This document shows, in pieces, positions 1-9,258 of a DNA stretch of 53,130 nt (position 1 is its first letter; each line of letters starts with the position of its first letter). The stretch is from IMG/VR virus record IMGVR_UViG_3300037461_000603, positions 1 through 53,130 of that record. One strand, given 5' to 3'. This DNA is from a virus (lineage: Duplodnaviria > Caudoviricetes). A program made the position numbers and the translations under genes. The notes beneath the pieces were generated by a model that made no database searches, was not told the DNA's origin, and worked only from the letters and a program-made list of their open reading frames with translations.

Positions 1-306
1 AGCTCGCGTCCAGACGTCTACAGTCTGCAGACAATCCACGCAGTTGCGGAAGAGCCGGTCGAGCTTGTACGCGACCACGGCGCCGACCGCCCCGGAGCTC
101 GCCAGCTCGAGGAGCTCCGCGCCTCGTTCCCGGGTCGCGAGTGGTTTGCCGGCGCTCACTCCGGGGTCACCGAGCACAGATGAGAGTTCCAGGCCACGCA
201 TCGCGCAGTAGGACCGCAGCCGATCCTCCTGCGCTCCGAGCGACAGGCCCTCGATGGCCTGCTCGGCGGTTGACACTCTCACGTATCCGACGGCGCGTGT
301 TCCCAT
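1..306 (-). CDS. Serine recombinase/resolvase family protein, N-terminal part (runs off the window)
   Basis: Manual translation from ATG at 306: MGTRAVGYVRVSTAEQAIEGLSLGAQEDRL...VVAYKLDRLFRN. It has the catalytic YxRVST and DRLxR motifs. Not in the ORF track. Confidence 0.9.
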   Translation of the reverse strand, partial: MGTRAVGYVRVSTAEQAIEGLSLGAQEDRLRSYCAMRGLELSSVLGDPGVSAGKPLATRERGAELLELASSGAVGAVVAYKLDRLFRNCVDCLQTVDVWTRA

Positions 307-352
307 GGTGATCCCCTGCCTCTCTCCATCGGAAGCGGCCCCTCGATCCGGA

Positions 353-769
353 CTACTCCCGAGCGCACGCCTGTCGCTCCCGGAGCTCGCGCTCGAGCGG
401 GATCAGGAGCAGCCAGTCAGCGACCTTGTGCTCGAGGTTCTCGGCCCCTGGCATCAGCGTGTCCACGCGGTGGTGGATCAACTCGTGGATCAGCGACGTG
501 CGCCCGAGACAGCCGGAGACCATCTCTACCTCGACCAGGCCGCTCTCGTGGTAGAGCCCTGTCACTTCGTCCGTCATCCACTCTTCGGAATCGAGCTCGA
601 GCAGGTGGATCTCGACGGGGTAGAGGTCGATCAGCGGGTGCACGCGCTGCGCCGCCCACTCGACGAGCTCGGTGTCGACTTCGGACGTGCTCAGGTTGAC
701 GACGGTGATGGCTGCCCGCTCGCCGCATGCTGCGAGTATGAAAGTCATGGAGATTGTGACATGTTTCAT
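353..769 (-). CDS. Putative lipoprotein with HExxH zinc-metallopeptidase motif
   Basis: MKHVTISMTFILAAC lipobox-like signal; SLIHELIHH motif. Confidence 0.6.
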   Translation of the reverse strand: MKHVTISMTFILAACGERAAITVVNLSTSEVDTELVEWAAQRVHPLIDLYPVEIHLLELDSEEWMTDEVTGLYHESGLVEVEMVSGCLGRTSLIHELIHHRVDTLMPGAENLEHKVADWLLLIPLERELRERQACARE

Positions 770-791
770 CGCCGGCCCCCCTTCTTCCGTT

Positions 792-1424
792 TTAGTACTC
801 GATTTCTTCAGCATGCTCGCCAGCGCAGTCCTCGGTGTGCCCTGCGCCTTGCCAGCAGTAGCAGTCGGGATAGCCCAGATCCCACCCTCCACCGGCCGCG
901 GTGATCACGGAGCCGTCCGCAAAAGTCCAGCGGTACACCATGCGCTCGCCGGTGCTATCGCGCTTGCCCCCGGCCTCGGCGCACGCCGTGTCGAGGTCAA
1001 TGCCTTGATCGTCCTTCCAGCGCTGGCCATCATCGTGGAAGCGGGCTGCGATCTGCTCGGCGGTCGTTGCAGTCCAGTAGCGATCGTCGATCTCCCGGAT
1101 GGCGTCGGCAATCAGGGTGCAGATGTGGTCAACGGCGTCGTGGTCGGTCGCGGCCCAATCCTCCGGATCGTCGCCAGCACGGCATGCGTCGCAATCGCAT
1201 GCGACAGATCCGGTGCCGACAATCGTCAGCACCTTGACGCTCTGAATGTTTTGGTCAGTCGGGTTGCGGTAGGCATCAGGCAGGATCGTGCGCTCGTCAC
1301 GATTGATCGAGTCGACCACGACGAGCGTGCCGTCGGGCCAGATCTCGGCGCGAGCGTAGCCACTCTGATGCGCCTCCACGGCGAGTTCGGTTGCCGCCTT
1401 GATGATGTCGCTTTGCGTTGCCAT
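792..1424 (-). CDS. Hypothetical phage protein (Cys motifs CDCDAC, CYC)
   Basis: ORF with AGGAGA RBS before MATQSD. Confidence 0.7.
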   Translation of the reverse strand: MATQSDIIKAATELAVEAHQSGYARAEIWPDGTLVVVDSINRDERTILPDAYRNPTDQNIQSVKVLTIVGTGSVACDCDACRAGDDPEDWAATDHDAVDHICTLIADAIREIDDRYWTATTAEQIAARFHDDGQRWKDDQGIDLDTACAEAGGKRDSTGERMVYRWTFADGSVITAAGGGWDLGYPDCYCWQGAGHTEDCAGEHAEEIEY

Positions 1425-1500
1425 CGTCGTTCTCCTTGTGTGGTGGTCCATTCCGCTGCTGATGCCCAGGTCGCCCAGGGGCACGGAGCAGGGGAGCGGC

Positions 1501-1737
1501 TCAGTCCAGCTCTCTAGTGATCACACAAAATGCCTTGGCGCCGGGGTCGTCCTGGGCGTCGTCTGCGCTCGCCCATACCAGCGTCCGGTCGCCGCCCTCG
1601 CCGAGGTCGCCAGCGTGCCCGACCACGCAGCCCTCCCACGACGGCTGGTCGAGTAGCGAGTCAATCAAATCCTCGTAGCTCTCTGCCTCGCGGCGTCCAG
1701 TCGTCCCGTCTGCGTACGTCAGAAGGTAGCGCGCCAT
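1501..1737 (-). CDS. Hypothetical phage protein
   Basis: AGGAGA RBS before MARYLL; acidic, phage-like composition. Confidence 0.7.
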   Translation of the reverse strand: MARYLLTYADGTTGRREAESYEDLIDSLLDQPSWEGCVVGHAGDLGEGGDRTLVWASADDAQDDPGAKAFCVITRELD

Positions 1738-1776
1738 TGTCGTTCTCCTTCCTGTGGTTGCCATGGGCATGCCTCA

Positions 1777-2040
1777 TCAGCCGTGCAGCGTCGTTTCGTC
1801 GGCGTCGAGCCGCTCACGGATTCGATAGATTGCGAATTGGCTGCCGTCGTCGTCCTCCATCTCGACGTACTCACCCACGAGGCCAGCGGTCTGGAGCACG
1901 TCCAAGAAAGCGTCGAGTTCGCGTCCGTCGGGCTGCCGATCGTGGCGGATTCGCACGAGCATGCCTGCGGCCGGCGCACCCGGATCCATTGCGTGGTCCC
2001 AGCTGCCTGTGTACTTGTCGATCGTGATGTCGCGTTGCAT
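1777..2040 (-). CDS. Hypothetical phage protein
   Basis: MQRDITIDKY...; co-oriented within the minus-strand cassette. Confidence 0.55.
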   Translation of the reverse strand: MQRDITIDKYTGSWDHAMDPGAPAAGMLVRIRHDRQPDGRELDAFLDVLQTAGLVGEYVEMEDDDGSQFAIYRIRERLDADETTLHG

Positions 2041-2107
2041 GTGACCCCCAAGTGCTTTCGGGCAATCTTGCCCTAGTTCGTGTCCTGCTACCACATCGCA
2101 AACGCGG

Positions 2108-2767
2108 TCAAAAAGCGGACAGCTCCTCCGCCGCTTTTTTGGCTGCGTCATCGGCACTCATCCGTGAGAAGATCGGCAGGAGCTCTCGCGCCTGCTCGAG
2201 AGTAAGCCGCACGTCGCGCAATTCGATCCGTGTCTCGGTGTCGCTGTGATATAGCGTCGCGCGGTAGATGGCTCCACTTGGGTACCAGCACAGATCTGAG
2301 CCGTCCTTGCGTGCCTCTCCAAGCCACTGCGAGAGCTCGGCTATGACCTCGTCCTTGCGACGCTCGAGAGCATCCAATTCGGCGAGCTTGGCTTCCGCGG
2401 CCGCATACAGCATCAGATAATCAGGGAGGAGACGGCGGTCGATGTCCCGGGCGATCTTGGCTGCGGGTTTCAACGCATTCGCGCCGATTGACGGCTCGCG
2501 GTCGTGGTATCCGATGATTCCGAGATTTTGAAGGCTGGCGTTGCGTGGGTAGATACCTCGGATCGTGAGCTTGCTGGTGTGATAGTCAATCGACACCAAG
2601 AGCTTGTGTCCGGCATCGTCGGCTATCTCGTGCCAGTGGCTGCGATCGGGATCGTGTGGTGCTATTCTCCATACTCCCTCGAGGTTCGCGGCGACCTGTC
2701 GGCAGATCTCGTGAACCATGCGATCGCGATCGTTGCACGACAGGCGCAAGAACGATAGCGGTTCCAT
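2108..2767 (-). CDS. Hypothetical phage protein
   Basis: 219-aa ORF within the cassette. Confidence 0.7.
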   Translation of the reverse strand: MEPLSFLRLSCNDRDRMVHEICRQVAANLEGVWRIAPHDPDRSHWHEIADDAGHKLLVSIDYHTSKLTIRGIYPRNASLQNLGIIGYHDREPSIGANALKPAAKIARDIDRRLLPDYLMLYAAAEAKLAELDALERRKDEVIAELSQWLGEARKDGSDLCWYPSGAIYRATLYHSDTETRIELRDVRLTLEQARELLPIFSRMSADDAAKKAAEELSAF

Positions 2768-2850
2768 GCATCACCCCATCTCGAGAGCACCATTGCTCGA
2801 CTCGGGCCGCTGGCGCACGAACGCCAAGGGCCCGCGTCCAGCAATGCCAC

Positions 2851-3174
2851 TCAGTGCGTGCCCCAAGTCATCCCGCCATCATGCGAATGGACACCAGCGT
2901 TGATTGCGGCCGGATTCAACTTGCGGCCGGAAAGCGCCTCGGCTCTGGCGATTGCACGGCGGAGCTCGGGCGAATTCGCGGCGACCAACTTACGATAAGC
3001 GCAGGCATCAAATAGCATGCTGCGATCGCCAGTCCATCCGCGGAACGCAAGCGCGCCGTTCGCGCTGATGACCACCGTTGCCGTTCCAGCCGCGAGCTGT
3101 TTTCTCAGCCGATCAAGCGCATCCCTCTGTTTCTGGCGCATGATCTCGGTAAGGTCGATTCGGTCGCATGCCAT
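2851..3174 (-). CDS. Small protein of the AAA-ATPase module (DACAYR...HSHDGG.TW)
   Basis: AGGAGG RBS; lies directly downstream of the AAA ATPase and its partner gene. Confidence 0.75.
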   Translation of the reverse strand: MACDRIDLTEIMRQKQRDALDRLRKQLAAGTATVVISANGALAFRGWTGDRSMLFDACAYRKLVAANSPELRRAIARAEALSGRKLNPAAINAGVHSHDGGMTWGTH

Positions 3175-3207
3175 GGCTGGGGCCCTCCTGTTTTGTTGGC
3201 TCTCATC

Positions 3208-4032
3208 TCAGATGAAATCGAACGACGGCACGGCATATTCGGCCATTGCTGCCGCGACTTCTGGCGACTCATCCGGTGGAGCGAATTCAACGGCGCGCGC
3301 GGCAACGGGTGCGTCCTCGACCTCCTTTTCCTCGTCGAGGTCCAGGAAAGCGAACCGGGCGCTTGCGATTGCCTCAGTGCGTAGCTCGGCGATCACGTCC
3401 GCGGCACGCTCGCCTGATTTCTCGACGCGACGCGTGATCTCGCGAGCGGCTGCGCGCGCTTGATCGATTGCGGATGAGACCGCATCGGCAGCGTCACCGG
3501 ACAGCATAGCACCGATCGACCGGGCCCGGTTCGCTGCGTCGCGGATTGCCTCGGGATCTGCAGCTGCAATGCCCGATTGCATTGCAGAGAGTAAATCGCG
3601 AATCTCCGAGGAGATAGCGCGCGCCGCCTCAACATCATCATCCGCGATCCGGCCAGCGATCGCGTACACCGACACGTGACACGTGGCGGATGTGGCGTTG
3701 AAATCGTCCGCCAACTTGCGAGCGGCCGCAATGCACTCCCGGAGATTCTCCCCACGATCGACTGGGCAGAGCAAACCGAATTCGGAGCGGGAGCATACGC
3801 CAGTGATCAGGGTGCGGCACTTGGAGCGAACCCTGATTGCTGCCTCATATTCTACGGGATCTTGCACCTCGCGCGTCGTAAGCCACGTGGCAACCGCGGC
3901 GCCGTCGGACGTGGTCTCCGAGGAGACATCCATTCGCGAATACCGCGGTCCGCCGTTGACAGTGGATCGGAGAGCCACGAGATATCCCGGGCGGAGGATG
4001 CGAGCGGCGATTTTGTCAGTGGTCGGTTGCAT
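3208..4032 (-). CDS. Helical partner protein of the AAA ATPase (possibly DUF3150-like)
   Basis: 274-aa Ala-rich helical ORF, GGAG RBS, operonic with the ATPase. Confidence 0.7.
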   Translation of the reverse strand: MQPTTDKIAARILRPGYLVALRSTVNGGPRYSRMDVSSETTSDGAAVATWLTTREVQDPVEYEAAIRVRSKCRTLITGVCSRSEFGLLCPVDRGENLRECIAAARKLADDFNATSATCHVSVYAIAGRIADDDVEAARAISSEIRDLLSAMQSGIAAADPEAIRDAANRARSIGAMLSGDAADAVSSAIDQARAAAREITRRVEKSGERAADVIAELRTEAIASARFAFLDLDEEKEVEDAPVAARAVEFAPPDESPEVAAAMAEYAVPSFDFI

Positions 4033-4077
4033 GTCATCTCCCGTACGTTGTGGTTTCGGGTCTCTGGTGTCTATCGA

Positions 4078-5610
4078 TTACAGGTCCAAAGAGCGGACAC
4101 TTTGCGCGGACGATTCTTCTGGCGATGACGCCGATCGAGCTCGGCCGCGGGCCCAGTCTCGCACGGCCTGGATTCTATCGGCGCTTGTGCGTGCGAGCGG
4201 CACGGTTGCGCCAGCTGCAGCCACTAGATCGGCAGTAGACAGAGGGCGCGCTCCATCGGAAAAGGCCGTATAGAGCGCATCTGGGACAAGCGCGGCAATC
4301 TCGGAGCCGGTGAAATCCTGGCATGCACGTGCAACGGCCTGCAGGTCGATTGACTCGGTGCGATTGTGAGCCCGCAAGGCTGCAGCTACGATTGCGGCGC
4401 GCTCGCTTGTGGTCGGCAGGTCGACGAAAAACAGCTCGTCAAAACGGCCCTTGCGGAGTAGTTCAGGGGGAAGGGCGCGGACGTCATTGGCCGTTGCGAC
4501 CACGAACACGTCGCCTTGCCGTTCTTGCATCCATGACAGGATCGTACCGAGCGCATCAGCGCTAACCCCGCCGTCGGCGGCGCCTTGCGTTGCACCGGAA
4601 AGCGCTTTTTCGATTTCGTCAAGCCATAGCACACACGGCGCTACCGTTTCGGCCACCTTCAAGGCTTTGCGGATGTTCGCTTCGGAATCGCCAACCCATT
4701 TCGATTTGAGTGCACCCAAGTCGAGACGCAAGAGCGGCACACCCCATGCCGTGGCGATCGCCTTGGCCGTGAGACTCTTGCCGCACCCCGGGATGCCCAC
4801 GAGGAGAGCGCCTTTCGGGGCTGGCAAACCATAGGCGCGCGCCTCACGAGTGAATGCGGCGCGACGAGACACCAGCCATGATTTGAGCAGGTCCAGACCG
4901 CCAACGGCGTCAAGACCGCCAGAGATCGGATCGTACCACTCGAGCACCTTTTCACGGGAGATGACGCGACGCTTTTCCAAGCTGACGTCACGGGGCACGA
5001 TCTTGCGAGACTGAACAAGCGAGCGAGCGTAACAGGCTTGCGCTTCTTCTGCCGTGAGACCGACCGCGGCATCAATCGCGGCTTCTCGGGTTCCATTCGG
5101 TGCGGCGGAATCGCGGATGTCGTCGGGCAACGCGGCGATCACACTATCAAGGATGCTGGCGATTTCCGCGCGATCGGGCAACGGCCAGTCCACGACAATA
5201 GCGTGTCCTGCGAGCTCGGGTGGGATCTCCCCGACGGGGGATAGCACGACAAGCGCGCGCGCCGTGTCACGTGGCTGCAGCGATAGATTACGCGCCAAGG
5301 TGCGGACGGCGCGGAGGATGACTGGATCCGCAAGCCACTTGTGGAGATCTCGGAGCACGTATACGGCGCGATCGGTGCGATCACGAACACGTGCAAGCAC
5401 AGAGCTCGGATCGGTCAGAGACGAATCAACCGCCGATCCGTCATACGAGGTGAGACCCGTTGCACAGTCCCAAAAAAGCGGCGCATATTGTGCAGCTTGG
5501 CATGCCTCGAGTAATCCCCTCTCGGCTCGCGATTCTTCACGCGTGACAACCCACAGTAAGGTGTTTCGGGCCCGCAGTAGCGCGGCAATATCGGAGGATG
5601 TACGTTGCAT
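4078..5610 (-). CDS. AAA+ ATPase, Ycf46/SpoVK-like
   Basis: Walker A GIPGCGKS, Walker B LWLDEIEK, ATAN, arginine finger LRKGRFD, degenerate N-terminal AAA domain. Confidence 0.93.
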   Translation of the reverse strand: MQRTSSDIAALLRARNTLLWVVTREESRAERGLLEACQAAQYAPLFWDCATGLTSYDGSAVDSSLTDPSSVLARVRDRTDRAVYVLRDLHKWLADPVILRAVRTLARNLSLQPRDTARALVVLSPVGEIPPELAGHAIVVDWPLPDRAEIASILDSVIAALPDDIRDSAAPNGTREAAIDAAVGLTAEEAQACYARSLVQSRKIVPRDVSLEKRRVISREKVLEWYDPISGGLDAVGGLDLLKSWLVSRRAAFTREARAYGLPAPKGALLVGIPGCGKSLTAKAIATAWGVPLLRLDLGALKSKWVGDSEANIRKALKVAETVAPCVLWLDEIEKALSGATQGAADGGVSADALGTILSWMQERQGDVFVVATANDVRALPPELLRKGRFDELFFVDLPTTSERAAIVAAALRAHNRTESIDLQAVARACQDFTGSEIAALVPDALYTAFSDGARPLSTADLVAAAGATVPLARTSADRIQAVRDWARGRARSASSPEESSAQSVRSLDL

Positions 5611-5688
5611 GGTATGTCCTTTTCTCGAGTAAGTAATGGGCTCGCCGAATGCCTCATCCGCAAGGGACGGGGCATCGGAGCGAAACCA

Positions 5689-6096
5689 CTAGGTGAATGC
5701 ATGCACGCGGATGATGGAGTCTTGCGGCGTGCGTAGGAGTGTCCATTCCCCATCGGTGCCGCATGGCGTGCAACCATCTCTCAGCAACCGAGCCTGATAC
5801 TCTGGCATGTCTTTGACTCGGGGAATGCTCGCGTCGGATGGATGATGAATGCTCGGCTCGAGCCATCCGCACGCAGTCTTGCGGTAGGTCACGCGGGAGA
5901 ATCCCATTGTGCGTGCGGACGTCCGACGAGCCCGGGATTTGACGGCAACGGGCGGCGCAACGGTGTCTGCAGCTGGCATCGGACGGGACACACATGCCGA
6001 TCGGATGAGAGACAATGCCTCATCGATGCATGACAGCATGTCGTCAATCGCGGACTGCAATGACATGGTCTCTGTGGCGAATGAAAGGCTTGTCAT
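5689..6096 (-). CDS. Hypothetical phage protein
   Basis: GGAG RBS, 135 aa. Confidence 0.6.
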   Translation of the reverse strand: MTSLSFATETMSLQSAIDDMLSCIDEALSLIRSACVSRPMPAADTVAPPVAVKSRARRTSARTMGFSRVTYRKTACGWLEPSIHHPSDASIPRVKDMPEYQARLLRDGCTPCGTDGEWTLLRTPQDSIIRVHAFT

Positions 6097-6114
6097 GGTG
6101 TTCTCCAGTGTTGG

Positions 6115-6198
6115 TTAGTCGACTTCTGTGACAATCGCGGACCACACACCAAAAGCGGCGCATGCGAGAGACGGAAGTAGGATGAGAATGATTGTCAT
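6115..6198 (-). CDS. 27-aa hydrophobic peptide MTIILILLPSLACAAFGVWSAIVTEVD
   Basis: GGAGG RBS; fills the gap between two cassette genes; one TM-like stretch; below the ORF-track length cutoff. Confidence 0.5.
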   Translation of the reverse strand: MTIILILLPSLACAAFGVWSAIVTEVD

Positions 6199-6255
6199 GG
6201 CGTGTTTTTCCTCCACACACACAATCGTGAGCGGCCGCGAATACCGGACAACAAA

Positions 6256-6759
6256 TCAAACGAGATATGTGTCGGGCAGGTAGGATTCTGGGAGTGTCGC
6301 GAGCGCTGCAACGTCATCTGCAGCACCGATTGCGTAGATTTGACGACGGCCGTTGTCTAAATCGACCGTGACGATTGCCAGGGGATATCCGCAACCGTTG
6401 AATAGGACTGCCTCGATATCACAACCGTATGTAGACAGGACGGCATTGCCAGCGTGGAAATCGAAGGTCCATTGACGTCCACGGCTGCCAGTATTCGGCT
6501 CTGTCACAAGAACGGGATATCCGGGGCTGCCATAACGACACCACGTCCACGCAGGAGCCATGGTGTGGTCGTGCTCCCATGCCCACGAGAGCATGGTGTA
6601 GGCTGCCACCTTGGCGTTGTCCCGTGCGGCGTCTCGTTTCTCGTCGAGTAGGCGCTTCTCGGCCTGTAGTCGTCTCTCTTCTTTTGCCAGCTGGCGCTTA
6701 GCTTGGGCTAGTGTCTCCGCCTCAACCGTGATTCCAGAGTCGCTTGTGATTGTGTACAT
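6256..6759 (-). CDS. Hypothetical protein, first gene of the left cassette
   Basis: GGAGG RBS before MYTITSD. Confidence 0.65.
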   Translation of the reverse strand: MYTITSDSGITVEAETLAQAKRQLAKEERRLQAEKRLLDEKRDAARDNAKVAAYTMLSWAWEHDHTMAPAWTWCRYGSPGYPVLVTEPNTGSRGRQWTFDFHAGNAVLSTYGCDIEAVLFNGCGYPLAIVTVDLDNGRRQIYAIGAADDVAALATLPESYLPDTYLV

Positions 6760-6779
6760 GTGTTCGTCCTCCACGTAAG

Positions 6780-7620
6780 CTATCGCAAGGCGCCCTCAGA
6801 ACCGGACATGATTTCACATGACGCAATGCAGCGTAAATGACGCGTTGCGTTGCGAGTCCATTTCTCTCTGTTTTCACACGCAAAACGCGTAACTACTTGA
6901 AATCATTAGAGCGGTGTTCGCACGAAAACATTGAGGAATTCGGAACTATGCAAATTTTGCATAGTGAACGTGAAGTGGAAATTCTGCGATTTCTGCGTTG
7001 TAACCCAGCGTAATTGCTAGAACGGTGTCTCGGTTGATTTCGGTCGAGAAAAGCGGAAGGTTATCAAATTCGCTGTTTTCCCCCCTACTTTGTAGGGGGA
7101 AAAGAATGCGAATGAACGATTTCAGCTACTTACGAAACCGCCTTTTTACGCTGCAATGCGTCAAGACGTGGTGAATCTACCACACCACTAAATCACCAGT
7201 GAGAACCAGAGGTTACAGCGATTTCCTGAGACAACGTCTCAACTTATGACAATTTGTCAATCGTCATCAATTCAATCATTGTCACATGGGGTTGCCCATG
7301 TGACAGGGCAGGGCATAACAACAGCTGTAGATGGCCGATAAGGCTACAGAATAGGGTCCCCCATAGGGCATAGCTACTCTCCCGCCGCCCTCCCCGCCCC
7401 TATGCTTGGCCACGTGGAGCCTCCAGGCCCTTGGAGGGGCAATGCCCCCTCCTTCCTCCTACCCCTCTAGGCCCCCACAGTGCAACGCATATCTCATGCC
7501 AACTTCGGCTTGGGTCCCCCTTTCGGGCTGGTTGGTTTTTCGCTGTTGGTTGACTTGGTGATTCTTTGGGAGGGGGGTGCCTTGTTGGTCTGTGAAAATT
7601 TTTTCGGCTCGAGTTGACAT
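6780..7620. promoter_or_regulatory. Lower-GC divergent non-coding control region with several palindromes
   Basis: No credible ORF; inverted repeats at 6945-6965, 7076-7103, 7280-7305 and 7433-7452; the coding strand switches here. Confidence 0.6.
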
Positions 7621-7672
7621 TGGATGATGGTGGTCGTAGTGTTGATGGCGCATAGTGCTCCTCACCCACGCC

Positions 7673-7710
7673 AAGAGAGAGCCCGGCTTTGAACCCGGGC
7701 TTTCTTTTTG
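7673..7710 (+). terminator. Rho-independent terminator-like hairpin
   Basis: AAGAGAGAGCCCGG-CTTTGAAC-CCGGGCTTTCTTTTTG. Confidence 0.6.
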
Positions 7711-8003
7711 TCTTTGGCGCTTGGTTGTTTCGTAGGCGGTGCTTTTGGTCTTGTAAGCGCACATTCTGTGTGTAGCATTGGGACTTCAAGGCTGCGGGTG
7801 GGTTTTGTGGTGACTGAGATCCCCCCCAGGTAGCTGCCGAGCTCGCCCGCGGCCGTTTCTTTGAGTCTGAGGGTATGGACCAAAGACAGACAGAGAGCGC
7901 CGCGTCGCCGGCCGTCATGGACGACGGGTGGCGTGGTTGCTTGCATGGGCCCGCCAACCCATACCCTCGGCGGGTCCATGCAATTCTTCGTTGGAGGTGA
8001 GCT

Positions 8004-8264
8004 GTGGAGATGAGGTCGTATTCGATGACGCCGGAGATGTCCAAGAGGATCGAGAGCGCGTTCACGTATCATGCGCCGTTGGATGATCAGCCTAAGCGCT
8101 ATGAGTTGCTTCGAGACAAGGCGAAGGAGCTCGCGTTGCTCATCGTTGCGTTGACGCCGCCGAGTCGAGAGCAGTCGTTGGCGTTGACGCAGTTGTCTGA
8201 GGCGGTGATGTGGGCCAACGCGGCGATTGCGCGCAACGAGTCGCAGGAGTGTTTGACGAGATGA
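8004..8264 (+). CDS. Acb2/Tad1-hairpin-like small protein (candidate immune-signal sponge)
   Basis: FTYHAP..Q..RYE.LR.KAKELA...SREQSLALTQLSEAVMWANAAIARNE resembles the SRE..ALT..EEA.MW helix of Tad1. Confidence 0.7.
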   Translation: MEMRSYSMTPEMSKRIESAFTYHAPLDDQPKRYELLRDKAKELALLIVALTPPSREQSLALTQLSEAVMWANAAIARNESQECLTR

Positions 8265-8593
8265 CGACGCATCGAGCGCCTGTTGCTGGACGGGGGTGCG
8301 CGTTCTTTCGTGACTACGACGGGACGTTGACGAAGACGAAGTATGAGGACGACGTCGAGTCGTTTTCGTGGGACCTGACGAACGTTGTGCCATCTGGGGA
8401 GACGGTGTCGTCGGTGGCGTATGACGCGCAATCTGGGTTGTCGGTGAGTGGTGCCGCGTTGGTGACGCCTGTGTGGTCATGCACGGTGACGAAGACGGGA
8501 GTTCTTGAGGTGACGGCGACGTTCTCTGGTGGAAGCACGCTCACGGAGAGGTTTGCGTGGCAGCCGATTGACGAGGGTGTAAGCGACTACTGA
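8261..8593 (+). CDS. Small beta-rich virion-type protein (fiber/tail adaptor-like)
   Basis: ATGA overlap with the upstream gene; K..DD..SFSWD......GETVSS pattern. Confidence 0.5.
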   Translation: MTTHRAPVAGRGCAFFRDYDGTLTKTKYEDDVESFSWDLTNVVPSGETVSSVAYDAQSGLSVSGAALVTPVWSCTVTKTGVLEVTATFSGGSTLTERFAWQPIDEGVSDY

Positions 8594-9258
8594 TGAATCA
8601 ACTTGCGAAGGAACGGCGTTCTGTGCTTGCGCTTCGGGCTGCTCAGGTCGAGGCGAAGTGTGTTGAGCTGCGGCTGGCCGGCAAGACGTATCTTGAGATT
8701 GGAGTCGAAGTCGGTCACAACGCGTCCTTCGTGATGAAGATTCTGCGTCGTGTGTACCATCGACTCACGAACGAGGGGAAGCAAGACGCAATTCATCTAC
8801 GTGGGCTCGAGATTGCGCGGCTTGACGCGTTGCAGTCGAACTTGTGGGCGCGCGCGATGAAGGGTGACCTGCAGTTTGTTGATCGAGTGTTGCGGATCAT
8901 CGAGCAGAGGACGTCGTTGTTGGGCTTGAATTCCCCGGAGGTCATCGCATTTCATGCGCAGATCAACGTGCAGAAGCCTGCAGATCTGACAGACGAGCAG
9001 TTGGTGCAGATCATCGAGACGTTTCGCACGACGCAGCAGTTGGCTTCTTCTCAGAAGCCGTTGTTGCCCTCTGTTCCGATGGTTGTGGACGCGAAGAGTG
9101 GGCTTGTTGTCGAGGCCGAGGAAGAGGCGGAGAACGTGACGGACTTCACGGACGAGGAGCTCGAGGTCATTGCGCGCAAGATGGAGCGTGAGGAGGCGGC
9201 AAGTTTGGCCGTGTCTCCGTCTACCTCGGCGCCGGAGGAGAAGAAAGATGTCGTATGA
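8593..9258 (+). CDS. Putative terminase small subunit / HTH protein
   Basis: ELRLAGKTYLEIG HTH, LEIARLDALQ..LW..A..GD....DRVLRI.EQR..LLGL, DLTDEQL repeats; upstream of TerL. Confidence 0.65.
   Translation: MNQLAKERRSVLALRAAQVEAKCVELRLAGKTYLEIGVEVGHNASFVMKILRRVYHRLTNEGKQDAIHLRGLEIARLDALQSNLWARAMKGDLQFVDRVLRIIEQRTSLLGLNSPEVIAFHAQINVQKPADLTDEQLVQIIETFRTTQQLASSQKPLLPSVPMVVDAKSGLVVEAEEEAENVTDFTDEELEVIARKMEREEAASLAVSPSTSAPEEKKDVV

Noticed and set aside
7400-8480. Minus-strand ORFs of 221 and 272 aa
   Set aside because: Low-complexity translations overlapping a terminator and real plus-strand genes.
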